Below the pieces are notes generated by a model. It saw nothing but the letters and a program-made list of their open reading frames with translations. It searched no databases and was not told the origin of the DNA. The position numbers were made by a program, and so were the translations under genes. Positions 20,172 to 29,891 of a stretch of DNA of 64,000 nt are shown piece by piece (the first letter of the stretch is position 1; each line of letters starts with the position of its first letter). This stretch comes from an uncultured delta proteobacterium (GTDB taxonomy: Bacteria; Desulfobacterota; Desulfobacteria; Desulfobacterales; JAFDCJ01), in assembly GCA_963769935.1 (NCBI GenBank), contig CAVYNY010000013.1:32001-96000 (forward strand), given 5' to 3'.

Positions 20172-21110
20172 ATGATGCTTGGAATTTGCGATATAGATTT
20201 CTATATTCCCGAAAAAAAAATAAGCAACTACGACAGGAAAGAACGGTTTCAAGTTTCCGACGACTTTATTGAAAACAAACTCGGCGTAAAGACCGTATCG
20301 CAAATTGAGCACAATCAAAATGCGTCTGATTTGAGCTGCCTGGCCTATGAAAATTTGCTGACACATGAAACCTCATTAAATCCGAAAGAAATCGATTGCA
20401 TCATTGTTTGCACTCAAAATCCCGATCATCGACTGCCGCACACTTCTGCAATCGTGCACGGCAAACTGAATCTGCCTGAAAAATGCGCTGCTTTCGATGT
20501 ATCCATGGGGTGTTCCGGATACGTCTATTCGCTGGCCGTTATCGAGAGTCTGATGACATCCTGCGGGATGAAAAACGGCCTGTTGTTCACCGCCGATCCG
20601 TATTCAAAAATCATTGATGGAGAAGACAAAAATACGGCTTTGCTGTTTGGTGACGCCGGTACAGTGACGTATATCAGCCAACGCCCTGTGTTGACAAGTG
20701 GGAAATTTACATTCGGGACACGGGGTAAAGATTTCACAAACCTGATTTGCATTGACGGGAATCTGCGCATGAACGGCAGGGAAATTTTTAATTTTGTCGC
20801 CCGAGCGGTGCCCGAAGATATCAAAAAAGTGCTGGAATTAAACAATCTCAAGTTGGAAGATATCGATCGATTTTTACTTCACCAGGGCAGCAAATATATG
20901 ATCGATTTTTTGATCAAACGCATGCAACTTCCGAAAGAAAAGACGCCTTATGTAATCGAAGATTACGGAAACACCGTATCGTCTTCAATACCGATCATGC
21001 TGAAAAGTCTTCTTTTCAAAGAAAATATAGGCCGAATTTTGATCAGTGGTTTTGGAGTAGGTTTATCCTGGTCAAGCACTGTTCTAACCCGAAATTCAAT
21101 TGGAGGATGA
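20172..21110 (+). CDS. fabH: 3-oxoacyl-ACP synthase III-like protein
   Basis: GCSGY (Cys), LFGDAG, MNGREIF, HQG (His), GNTVSSSIP (Asn), GFGVGLSW. Confidence 0.9.
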   Translation: MMLGICDIDFYIPEKKISNYDRKERFQVSDDFIENKLGVKTVSQIEHNQNASDLSCLAYENLLTHETSLNPKEIDCIIVCTQNPDHRLPHTSAIVHGKLNLPEKCAAFDVSMGCSGYVYSLAVIESLMTSCGMKNGLLFTADPYSKIIDGEDKNTALLFGDAGTVTYISQRPVLTSGKFTFGTRGKDFTNLICIDGNLRMNGREIFNFVARAVPEDIKKVLELNNLKLEDIDRFLLHQGSKYMIDFLIKRMQLPKEKTPYVIEDYGNTVSSSIPIMLKSLLFKENIGRILISGFGVGLSWSSTVLTRNSIGG

Positions 21111-21117
21111 GTTTTTT

Positions 21118-21354
21118 ATGACTACTGCAGAAGAAATATTCTCGATAATGTTGGCGAATGAAATCAAGGTTGATTTTGAATCACTAGATCATTCAGAATC
21201 CTTAGCAGAGCAAGGACTGGATTCGCTGGATATAACTACAATTTTATTCGCCATGGAAGAAAGGTTCGAAATTAGGTTCGCTGAAGAAGATTTAGAGCAG
21301 GGAAACCTGGCATCTATTAATGATATTGTCGCCTATATTAATAAAGCCCAGTGA
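21118..21354 (+). CDS. Acyl carrier protein
   Basis: GLDSLD motif, acidic, GGAGG RBS. Confidence 0.9.
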   Translation: MTTAEEIFSIMLANEIKVDFESLDHSESLAEQGLDSLDITTILFAMEERFEIRFAEEDLEQGNLASINDIVAYINKAQ

Positions 21355-21397
21355 GCTAATTTTTAACTTAAATTATTGAAGCACAAATTCAATTGAT

Positions 21398-22729
21398 ATG
21401 ATTGACAAAAAATTAAGACATATTTTCAAGAAATTTATGCTAATTTTCGATTATCCTACCTTTATATGCATTTTCCCAATTTGTCTCATAGGTTCGCTGT
21501 TGACGGTACCATGGATATTGAAACAAAGGCGAATTTGGAACCACACTGTTAAAGGTAGTCCCCAGGCGCTAATCCTGCGAAAGTTTAAAGTGGAAAGGAT
21601 AAAGAGCTTTGATTATGAGCGTTGGCTGCCCTATCGAAACCCTGTCCTAAAGTGGATCGGCTTTTTGGATGCCGTAAACTCTGTAAATGCCGAGATCAAG
21701 GTTACCGATGACCTTCACTTTATAGCCTTTAAATCGCCGGGAATCGTCATTTTTCTGAAAAAGATAAAATTTGCCGCAACTTCAATGCTTTTGCGCGAGC
21801 TTATCGCTGTTTTTAGGATTACGAGGTATTGTGTCAAGCATCAAATTGGAATGCTTCGCGTCTACAAACACGACTACCCGGCCTTAGAGGCTTTGATGGT
21901 GTCGAAATTTATTAAAATACCGTTCATAGTAGACATAATCGGTAATTTCGAGCTGATCCGAAGGCTTACCGGCAGGGACTTTTACTTCAGAGACCTAAAT
22001 AAGGTGCCTTTCATCCGGATATTTGGCCGCCGGGCAACCAATTGGCTCCTTGGATTTCCATTAAAGAATGCCCAGCATGTATTATCTCGAGGGATAAGAA
22101 GTTGTGAATATGCGTTCGAACTGGGAGCGCCACCGGAGAGGCTGTCTGTACTGAGAGTTAGCAACTTCAGCGCTTCATTTAACTCGTACGATCCTGAAAA
22201 ACCTTTGCCAAAACCAGCTGACTACCCATATATACTATTCGTTGGACGTTTGGACGAAATCAAATTTCCTCTTGACCCACTTGATGCCTTCGATCTGGCC
22301 GCCGCCAATCTTCCAGAATGCCGACTCGTTCTTATTGGAGACGGCGCAATGAGACATGCAGTTGATCAAAGAAAACAGCGCAGCAGATACAGTGAGAGGA
22401 TTATTTTGTTAGGTGCTTGTTCGAGTGATATTGTCTTGAATTGGACTGCGCATGCAATGGCAGCCATCTGTCCCTACTCAGGATCCACATTGGTAGAAGC
22501 TATGCTGTGCGGAATTCCTATCATTGCATATGATGTTGGGTGGCATCCTGAAGTCATCATCGACGACTATACGGGATATCTTGTGCCTTTTCGCAATACT
22601 TCAGCCCTGGCGGACAAGATAATTTACGTCTTTCGCAATTATGAGGAAGCAAAATTAGTGAGCAAACGCGGCCGAGAACTGGCACAAGTTGTCTTCGACA
22701 AAGAAAAGATACTGAGAAAGAAAGTATGA
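21398..22729 (+). CDS. GT4 glycosyltransferase with N-terminal membrane anchor
   Basis: LFVGRL, LIGDG, LVEAMLCGIPIIA, TGYLVP; likely a 1-nt deletion near 22713 truncates the tail (paralog reads ILEKESMIY). Confidence 0.88.
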   Translation: MIDKKLRHIFKKFMLIFDYPTFICIFPICLIGSLLTVPWILKQRRIWNHTVKGSPQALILRKFKVERIKSFDYERWLPYRNPVLKWIGFLDAVNSVNAEIKVTDDLHFIAFKSPGIVIFLKKIKFAATSMLLRELIAVFRITRYCVKHQIGMLRVYKHDYPALEALMVSKFIKIPFIVDIIGNFELIRRLTGRDFYFRDLNKVPFIRIFGRRATNWLLGFPLKNAQHVLSRGIRSCEYAFELGAPPERLSVLRVSNFSASFNSYDPEKPLPKPADYPYILFVGRLDEIKFPLDPLDAFDLAAANLPECRLVLIGDGAMRHAVDQRKQRSRYSERIILLGACSSDIVLNWTAHAMAAICPYSGSTLVEAMLCGIPIIAYDVGWHPEVIIDDYTGYLVPFRNTSALADKIIYVFRNYEEAKLVSKRGRELAQVVFDKEKILRKKV

Positions 22730-22876
22730 TCTACCAACAGGTGCTGGAGGTTCGCGACCTTGATTAACTTTACAAAATGGTCTATAAGGTATTGAATATT
22801 TGAATTTTTTAAATTCATTTAATAAATTTAAAAGAAATCCTATATAGTGAATGAACGAAAGCGCAGCCAACAGCTG

Positions 22877-22982
22877 TGTTGGGTTTCGCCCTTAGGGTTT
22901 CCTACCGTCGAAGGAGCATGATTTTCGTAGGTTGGGTTGAGGGACGAAACCCAACATTATGGCCGGGCTCAAACCAACCTAC
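22877..22982. repeat. GTAG-type REP-like palindromic element
   Basis: GTAGGTTGGGTTGAGGGACGAAACCCAACA at 22927-22956, inverted partners TGTTGGGTTTCG (22877) and CTCAAACCAACCTAC (22968). Confidence 0.7.
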
Positions 22983-23051
22983 CCGAAATCTGGACTTTTC
23001 GTCAGGACGCTATATATATCAAAAGCGGCCTTGAAAAGGCTGAGCACAGGC

Positions 23052-23246
23052 ATGAACGCCAAAAAATTACAATTGTTGATTCCCGTTGAAAATCAGGTGC
23101 GGGAGCTTGATCCAAAACTGCTGCTGGCCTGCGTGGCGGCAACGCGCGGGTTTTCGTCCGTGATCGGATCCCGGCGGGAGTTGGAGTTTCGAATCGACAC
23201 GTACCCGCGCAGCATTTATCTGTCCAAGAGCATGACCGGCCGCAGC
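23052..23246 (+). pseudogene. Truncated 5' duplicate of the surface-carbohydrate gene at 26829
   Basis: 23077-23246 is nearly identical at DNA level to 26854-27023 (170 bp), then diverges abruptly. Confidence 0.88.
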
Positions 23247-23475
23247 TGGGTGAAAAAAAATGATAGACGTGGAAATATTCAAAGACCAAAATGCTGCATT
23301 ATACCAAAGGCTTTCCCGGTCGGGCTCGCAAATAATAGCGCTGCCCACCGCTCATTAGCGCACGAATTAGCTTAATTTAGACGGCCAGTATTATATTTAC
23401 AATGCAATTGGTCCCTAAATATCCATCGCTCTCCAAGTTGCGTTTTGCATCTTTTGGGATCCCTCGTGCAGCCCT

Positions 23476-24591
23476 TTACAGATCTGGCCCACTTATTAGT
23501 GCTGATGCTAACCTTACCCACGGTTCGGCTTTTCGCGCATTTCCAGAGCTCGAAAAGTCAGCTATCTTTTCTAGCGTTGCGAGTAGAAATTGGCGCTTTG
23601 GTGGCATGCTAATCGGATTTAAGGTCCGCCTCCGGACCTCAAGAGCCAAGTGATTCACGATCTCGGGGTGCTGACGATAAACTCGACGGACTACCTTGAT
23701 TAGCTCCTCGGCGAGCGGAAGCTCTCGAGATCTCTCACAGTCCAATAGGGTAATTTCACCATCAGAATCAACACTTAAGTTACTTTTAGTCAAATCGCCA
23801 TGACCAACGCAAATAGGTACCTTCTCATCGCTGAATCGCAAGCATTGTTCTGTAGCTTTCAATAGTTGTCTACAGGAAGCCATTCTTCTCTTCTTCCATT
23901 TGAAGATGGGAATTAATTTGGAAATATCCCGGCCCATTCGTGCTCCATCGTAAAGAGAGGCAACGCGTTGATGGCTGATGCCTTCGCTATCATAAAAATT
24001 TAACAAGGACGGCAGCAGCTTGTTCATCAATAAGTTCCAGTCCGTGTGCAGGCCGAATGGACGGCCGATAATGAGCTCCTCCAGGATATATAGTGGCACA
24101 GTTGTTATATCATGCTCGATGACATTGGGAGCCCGAACTCCTGAGCTTGAACTGAGCCGTTTTCTTATATTCATGGCGATCGGTAGCTTTTCTGCAGATT
24201 GGGTTTGAATGGCCACCCATAGAGTCAATGGCTGAAGACCTGTATAAAATGCACGTATATTGGACTTAAAGGAGACAGAGTTGGATAATGTCCGTACTCG
24301 AATTCGATCAGAAAATAGCAGATAACGCAGCGCTAAAGTGGGACTTTGAACCGGAAAGCCTGGAACGGTCTTCATGGAAACAGACGGCAATCGTGACAAT
24401 GGATGAACCAGCTGATTCCATAAAATTTTTTCATTCACCAGCCAATTTCCGATAATTCTAAAAAAACCTTCCTTTGAAACTTGACCACGAAGTGCATCAA
24501 GCCGCTGCTCAATCTTTGATAGGGTAATAAGACCTTGGATGACATCATGGCCTTTGATGATATACTTGCCTCGCTGTTTGGTTCCTGCCAC
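23476..24591 (-). CDS. Phosphotransferase/kinase-like (APH fold)
   Basis: HGDLTKSN catalytic loop and LLDCE; GTG start at 24591 just after the MTase stop. Confidence 0.7.
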   Translation of the reverse strand: MAGTKQRGKYIIKGHDVIQGLITLSKIEQRLDALRGQVSKEGFFRIIGNWLVNEKILWNQLVHPLSRLPSVSMKTVPGFPVQSPTLALRYLLFSDRIRVRTLSNSVSFKSNIRAFYTGLQPLTLWVAIQTQSAEKLPIAMNIRKRLSSSSGVRAPNVIEHDITTVPLYILEELIIGRPFGLHTDWNLLMNKLLPSLLNFYDSEGISHQRVASLYDGARMGRDISKLIPIFKWKKRRMASCRQLLKATEQCLRFSDEKVPICVGHGDLTKSNLSVDSDGEITLLDCERSRELPLAEELIKVVRRVYRQHPEIVNHLALEVRRRTLNPISMPPKRQFLLATLEKIADFSSSGNARKAEPWVRLASALISGPDL

Positions 24592-24593
24592 CG

Positions 24594-25286
24594 CTATCTC
24601 TCCACCAGGAATATAAAGCGAAATGGTTCTCGGCCTATGCAGGGAGTTTCCCCCAGGTACCTTACACTCTGGCCTTTTGTCACCATTCGGTTCAAGCATT
24701 GGGTGCTGTATTGGATTATTGAGTCACGATCAAAATCGATGATATTTGGCGCATTTTGCCCATACTTCTTTTTTTGGCCGGCGGGCTCAAAAAATAATTT
24801 ATTCCGAGTTTTAGACAGCAATGTCGCCATCATCTCCCAGGATTTCTCCAAACCATAATATTTCGCCCAGTAATGATGAACTGACAGACAAAGGATTACG
24901 TCAAATTCCGGCAGAAAACTAATGGTGTCAGGGTTAATATCTATACACAGGAAAGACAAGTTAGGAATTTTTCGGAAGCGTGACCTTGCTTTTTGAATAA
25001 AACTATTGTCCACATCAATTCCGATGGCAAGAAGACCCGATTCGGCGGCTCGATGTGTCAAAATACCAAGATTACACCCAAGATCAAGGATGTTACGGTC
25101 CTCAGGTTGTAAATAATTGTTAATAATCTCCCACCGTTTATCGGTACCTTCGGTACGCTCTGTCTGATAGGGCAATCGACGTTTTACGCCTAAAGTGTGC
25201 TTGGCTCTCTTTTTAATACGCTTAAATAGTGGTCTCTTCTCATCAAAGACTGGTGATTTCCATTTTGAAAAAGTATTTAATTTCAC
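24594..25286 (-). CDS. Class I SAM-dependent methyltransferase
   Basis: ILDLGCNLG, IGID, FDVILCLSVHH. Confidence 0.85.
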   Translation of the reverse strand: MKLNTFSKWKSPVFDEKRPLFKRIKKRAKHTLGVKRRLPYQTERTEGTDKRWEIINNYLQPEDRNILDLGCNLGILTHRAAESGLLAIGIDVDNSFIQKARSRFRKIPNLSFLCIDINPDTISFLPEFDVILCLSVHHYWAKYYGLEKSWEMMATLLSKTRNKLFFEPAGQKKKYGQNAPNIIDFDRDSIIQYSTQCLNRMVTKGQSVRYLGETPCIGREPFRFIFLVER

Positions 25287-25711
25287 AGCTGGCTCTCCAT
25301 AATTGGGATTGAGTTAGTAAAAAAATTCACAAATTGAATAAAAATATATAGATTTCAATATGTTGTGTCAATACGTTTTGGCTCTCTCATCATCTTGTTC
25401 ATGTTTGTTCGATTCCGGCATTAAACAAAACGGGTCCATCACTGCCATAGCACTAAGGAAGAAATCTATAGTTTATAACGCCGGCCGGAATCAAACTGCG
25501 TCCGATTTTTTCAGATGTTGTTTGTTGGGTCCATGGCTTGTAAGAAGAACTAAAGGCCATAACTAAAAGAGCTAATGATCACCTGCGAGGCAATGGCTTG
25601 AATTTTTCCACTACCGGAGGAAAAAATAAATGGGTACGATTGTGCCCATTTATTGCGCGTGATACCGAGCATGAAGCATTCGGTTTAAAAGTACCCAATC
25701 AAGAGGCTTTT

Positions 25712-26438
25712 CTATGAGGCGGCCAGAAAGATCGCATTGAACCCTATTTCGGAAGCATTCACTCCTTCGGTCAGATGTCTTTTTCCCGCGCGCGTGTAGT
25801 TCTCTTTCACCATTTTGTATTTTCAGACCTCTAGAAATTCTCGCATTTCCGAACCGCAGGGAGCGTTCATTTCTACTTGAATAATTCTAGGCCTACTGGC
25901 CTTATTCAGCAGTTCCTGCATTCCGCGAAGAATCAAAAGCTCATTTCCGTCAACGTCTATCATAATATGATTAGGTGCCTCAATCTTCCTTAAGGCAATA
26001 AAACCGTCAATGGTTGCGGCATATTTCAACTCTGAAATTTCTGGTTGAAATTTTGCACCGTTATGGTCAGAAGATTCAAGCTGGCTATTTGAAGTTCCTG
26101 CTTTGTTTGAAATATAACTATAAGGGAAAAAGCCCTCTTTTTCATGCAGGGCGAAATTACACGGAATGACATTTTGCTGAAGGTTATTTACGGTTATGTT
26201 GTCAATCAATCGTGCGAAGTTGGCGCCGTGGGGTTCAAAGGCATACACCTTACCCTTGCTACCGGTTCGGAAAGCAGCAAGGATGGTATAAACTCCGATG
26301 TTGGCACCTATGTCATAAAACACGTCGCCGGGATGAACATTCTTCATGATCCAATCAAGGGTGCGCCCATGGAGCTTTCGAACATATTTAGGGGGGGGGC
26401 CATGATTTGGCTTTCGAGCGAATCGGATAGAAAGACAT
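25712..26438 (-). pseudogene. Decayed FkbM-family methyltransferase (paralog of 30816-31712)
   Basis: YDIGANIG, AFEPHGANF, IDVDGNE; frameshift at a C9 tract, about 43-codon internal deletion and in-frame TGA at 25823; homology resumes to 25712. Confidence 0.8.
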
Positions 26439-26828
26439 GTTTTATGCTTTAGGCTTTATCTAGTTATGGGTTGTCTGTTTCGTGGATACAATAAAAACCT
26501 GCCTACAGAGTTCTTGGATCTAAATATAGGTCAGAATTAATTACCGCTAAAAACCCTTGCTTGTCAAGGGTCTGAATTTATATTATTAATTATTGACACT
26601 TTAACAAACTTAAGGCTAATATTTCAGCACCTTTATGAGATAATCGCACATTTGTCATTTCAGCGCAACAGGCCATAAGTCGGAATCTTACGTAAACGAT
26701 AAGCGAGGAGGGGGCCTTGAGTGTTACGTGGCCAGCGATTCCGAAATATCTTTATCCTTTGGCCCAGCAATAGAGCGTTTCGGCGCTTTTTTTTGAAGCA
26801 TGTTGCGTGATCTGGGGTTATTATAACC

Positions 26829-28232
26829 ATGAGTAATGCAAAACCGCTACTGCTGATTCCCGTTGAAAATCAGGTGCGGGAGCTTGATCCAAAACTGCTG
26901 CTGGCCTGCGTGGCGGCAACGCGCGGGTTTTCGTCCGTGATCGGATCCCGGCGGGAGTTGGAGTTTCGAATCGACGCCTATCCACGCAGCATTTATCTGT
27001 CCAAGAGCATGACCGGGCGCAGCCTCATATTTTTTCGCCTTGCCCGAAAATTCGGTCATAAAATCGTTGCCTGGGACGAGGAGGCGCTGGTTCACCTGCC
27101 TCCTGAAACTTACTACTCCCGTCGACTGCATCCGGAAGCCATCAAACTGGTATCGCATTTATTCGCCTGGGGTCAGGATAATGTCGAATTATGGGGGCAA
27201 TACCCTCATTTGCCGGCGGAGCTGCCGATCCACAGCATCGGCAATCCACGCACGGATATGCTGCGACCGGAGATGCATTCGTTTTACGAGGAGGAGGTGC
27301 AGGCCCTGCGGCAAAAGTACGGGGAATTTATTCTGATCAATACCAACTTCAATCATGTCAATGCCTTTGGCCCCGACCTGAATCTGTTTCAACCGGCTGC
27401 CGGGCCGGGCGAGCCGGCTAAATTCGGCCGGGCCGCCCGCGGCATGAGCCGGGAGTACGCCCAGGGCCTGTGGGATCACAAGCAGGCGGTTTTTAAGAGC
27501 TTTCAACATCTCATTCCCAAACTCGAACAGGCTTTCCCGGATCTGAACATCGTCATTCGACCTCATCCGACCGAACGCCATGCGGTGTACAATGATATCG
27601 CCGCCCGCTGTTCGCGGGTGCACGTGACCAATGCAGGCAATGTCGTGCCCTGGATATTGGCCACCCGTGTGGTTTTGCACAACGGCTGTACCACCGGCAT
27701 CGAGGCCTTTGTCATGGGTGTGCCTTCCATCAGCTACCGTGAATCTGTCAGCGAAGAGTATGACAATGGTTTTTACCGCCTGCCCAATGCCGTCAGCCAC
27801 CAATGCTTTGATTTCGACCAGCTGCAGGATATGGTGCAGCAAATTCTGGCGGGCAGGCTGGGACCGGCGGCCGGCCATGAGCGCCAAACGATTGTAAAGC
27901 ATTATCTGGAATCCCAATCCGGGCCGCTGGCCTGCGAAAAGATGGTCGACGTTCTGGCATCTTTCGCTGATAGTCAGAACAACAACAGCGGGCCTTCAGG
28001 GTTGCAGCGTCTCCAGTGCCGGATCATCGCCGGCGGGTATCATCTATACAGGTGGCTGCAGCCCAGGCTGCCGGGATCTCATAACAGGCCGGAATTCCAA
28101 CGTCACCGCTACCCGGGAATATCCCTTGCAGCTCTGCAAAAAAAGATTGACTGCCTGCAACAGATTCGCGGAGATATGACCCAGCTGAAAGTCGAAAAAC
28201 TGAGCAATGTGCTCTTTCGGATATCGGCGTGA
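26829..28232 (+). CDS. Surface carbohydrate biosynthesis protein (putative GT-B transferase)
   Basis: PVENQVRELD, DEEAL, GNPR, INTNF, IRPHP, HNGCTTGIEA. Confidence 0.8.
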   Translation: MSNAKPLLLIPVENQVRELDPKLLLACVAATRGFSSVIGSRRELEFRIDAYPRSIYLSKSMTGRSLIFFRLARKFGHKIVAWDEEALVHLPPETYYSRRLHPEAIKLVSHLFAWGQDNVELWGQYPHLPAELPIHSIGNPRTDMLRPEMHSFYEEEVQALRQKYGEFILINTNFNHVNAFGPDLNLFQPAAGPGEPAKFGRAARGMSREYAQGLWDHKQAVFKSFQHLIPKLEQAFPDLNIVIRPHPTERHAVYNDIAARCSRVHVTNAGNVVPWILATRVVLHNGCTTGIEAFVMGVPSISYRESVSEEYDNGFYRLPNAVSHQCFDFDQLQDMVQQILAGRLGPAAGHERQTIVKHYLESQSGPLACEKMVDVLASFADSQNNNSGPSGLQRLQCRIIAGGYHLYRWLQPRLPGSHNRPEFQRHRYPGISLAALQKKIDCLQQIRGDMTQLKVEKLSNVLFRISA

Positions 28233-28251
28233 GGAAGAAGGAAAAAATATC

Positions 28252-29661
28252 ATGAACATTAAAGATGCCGGAGCGTCTCTCATTATACCGGTCGAAAACC
28301 AGGTGCGTGAACTCGATCCCAAATTGTTGTTGACCTGTATCGCTGTCCGGCGAGGATTTTCCGTGATTATCGGGTCTCACCGCGAGGTGGATTTTCAGAT
28401 TACTTCCTTCCCGAGAAGCTGGTACCTCAATAAAAGCATGACGGAACGCAATCTTAGCATGTTGCGGATAATGGAAAAAGTAGGCCATGAAATTTTGACT
28501 TGGGATGAAGAGGCCCTGGTGCATCTGCCGGCGGAAACTTATTATTCCCGCAGGCTGTCACCGGACGCGATCAGGTATAACTCGCATTTGTTTGCCTGGG
28601 GGGAGGACAACGCCGAGCTGTGGCGCCGGTATCCTCATCTTCCTGCCGGAATGCCGATCCATGTTACGGGAAATCCTAGAAGTGATATGCTCAGGCCTGA
28701 ATTGCGGGCCTTCTACGAACCCGAATCGGAAGAGTTGCAGAAAAAATATGGAAAATATATCCTTGTTAATACCAATTTTAATCATGTAAATGCCTTTTTC
28801 CCGGCCCAGAACCTGTTCCGCCCGGTAAAAAGGGCCGGCGAGGAACCTCAATTCGGCAAGGCGGCCGTAGGCATGAGCCGGGAATATGCTGAAGGATTGC
28901 GGGATCACAAACTGAATATCCTCAATGCCTTCAAGGAGCTGATCCCGATCCTCGACCGGGAATTTCCGAATCATACGATCATTGTGCGGCCGCACCCGAC
29001 TGAAAATCAGCAGATCTATCAAGACATTGCCGATCAATGCCAACGCGTCCAGGTGACCAACGAAGGCAATGTCGTGCCCTGGTTAATGGGCACCGATGTC
29101 GTTATCCACAACGGCTGCACCACCGGGGTGGAAGCCTACGTCATGGGGACACCGGCCGTATCCTACCGCGCCAAGATCAATGAAAAATACGATCTGGGAT
29201 TCTACCGCTTGCCGAATCTGATCAGCCATCAATGTTTCGATATTCAACAATTGCTGGAAACCCTTGCAAAGATTCTGAAGGGAGAATTAGGGGCAGCCAA
29301 CGGTGATGAACGCCGGGCGCTGGTCAACCAATATCTGGCAGCTCAGGAAGGCCCGCTGGCTTGTGAGCGAATTGTTGATGTTCTTGTGAAGATTGTAGAA
29401 GATCGACCGTATCTGCCTAAGCCGGCGTTGATCGATCGGGCTTTTGGACGCAGTTTTGCCTATTGGCGGCGCGCAATTAAGTCCATAAAAAAACAATTCG
29501 ACGAAAAGCAGGCGCCGGCGGAATTTCATCGGCATCGCTATCCCGGCATCTCGCTGCAGGAGTTAATTGACCGGATATCAAAAATTCAAAGGGTGCTCGG
29601 TGACACCACCGCAATCAGCGCCAAGCAAATATCGGATCAGATATTTGTAGTCCATCGCTAA
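28252..29661 (+). CDS. Surface carbohydrate biosynthesis protein, tandem paralog
   Basis: Same motifs as 26829-28232 over the full length; ATG 28252 after an AAGGA RBS. Confidence 0.8.
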   Translation: MNIKDAGASLIIPVENQVRELDPKLLLTCIAVRRGFSVIIGSHREVDFQITSFPRSWYLNKSMTERNLSMLRIMEKVGHEILTWDEEALVHLPAETYYSRRLSPDAIRYNSHLFAWGEDNAELWRRYPHLPAGMPIHVTGNPRSDMLRPELRAFYEPESEELQKKYGKYILVNTNFNHVNAFFPAQNLFRPVKRAGEEPQFGKAAVGMSREYAEGLRDHKLNILNAFKELIPILDREFPNHTIIVRPHPTENQQIYQDIADQCQRVQVTNEGNVVPWLMGTDVVIHNGCTTGVEAYVMGTPAVSYRAKINEKYDLGFYRLPNLISHQCFDIQQLLETLAKILKGELGAANGDERRALVNQYLAAQEGPLACERIVDVLVKIVEDRPYLPKPALIDRAFGRSFAYWRRAIKSIKKQFDEKQAPAEFHRHRYPGISLQELIDRISKIQRVLGDTTAISAKQISDQIFVVHR

Positions 29662-29891
29662 GTCCCTCGATTCATCAATACGATAACGTATTTATTCACC
29701 CGGGGCTTAGGTGCTGAGGAAGCACTATTAATGATCCGCATACTAAAAATACGTCACTGTAATTGCGATTCGAAGCACTAAGCGCTGTCTAACAAGGATT
29801 TTGGCAAGGGCAACGGCAATATTCGTTCCATAAAAATGCCATGAACGCATACACAATCCGAAGTAACGAAATAAAAGATAGGAGAAATCTA

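Noticed and set aside
22959..23375. 138 aa ORF as a real protein
   Set aside because: Chimera of REP-derived sequence, a 170-bp gene duplicate and unrelated tail.
25823..25825. In-frame TGA in the FkbM remnant as selenocysteine
   Set aside because: Aligns with a non-Cys position in the paralog, and the gene has other lesions.
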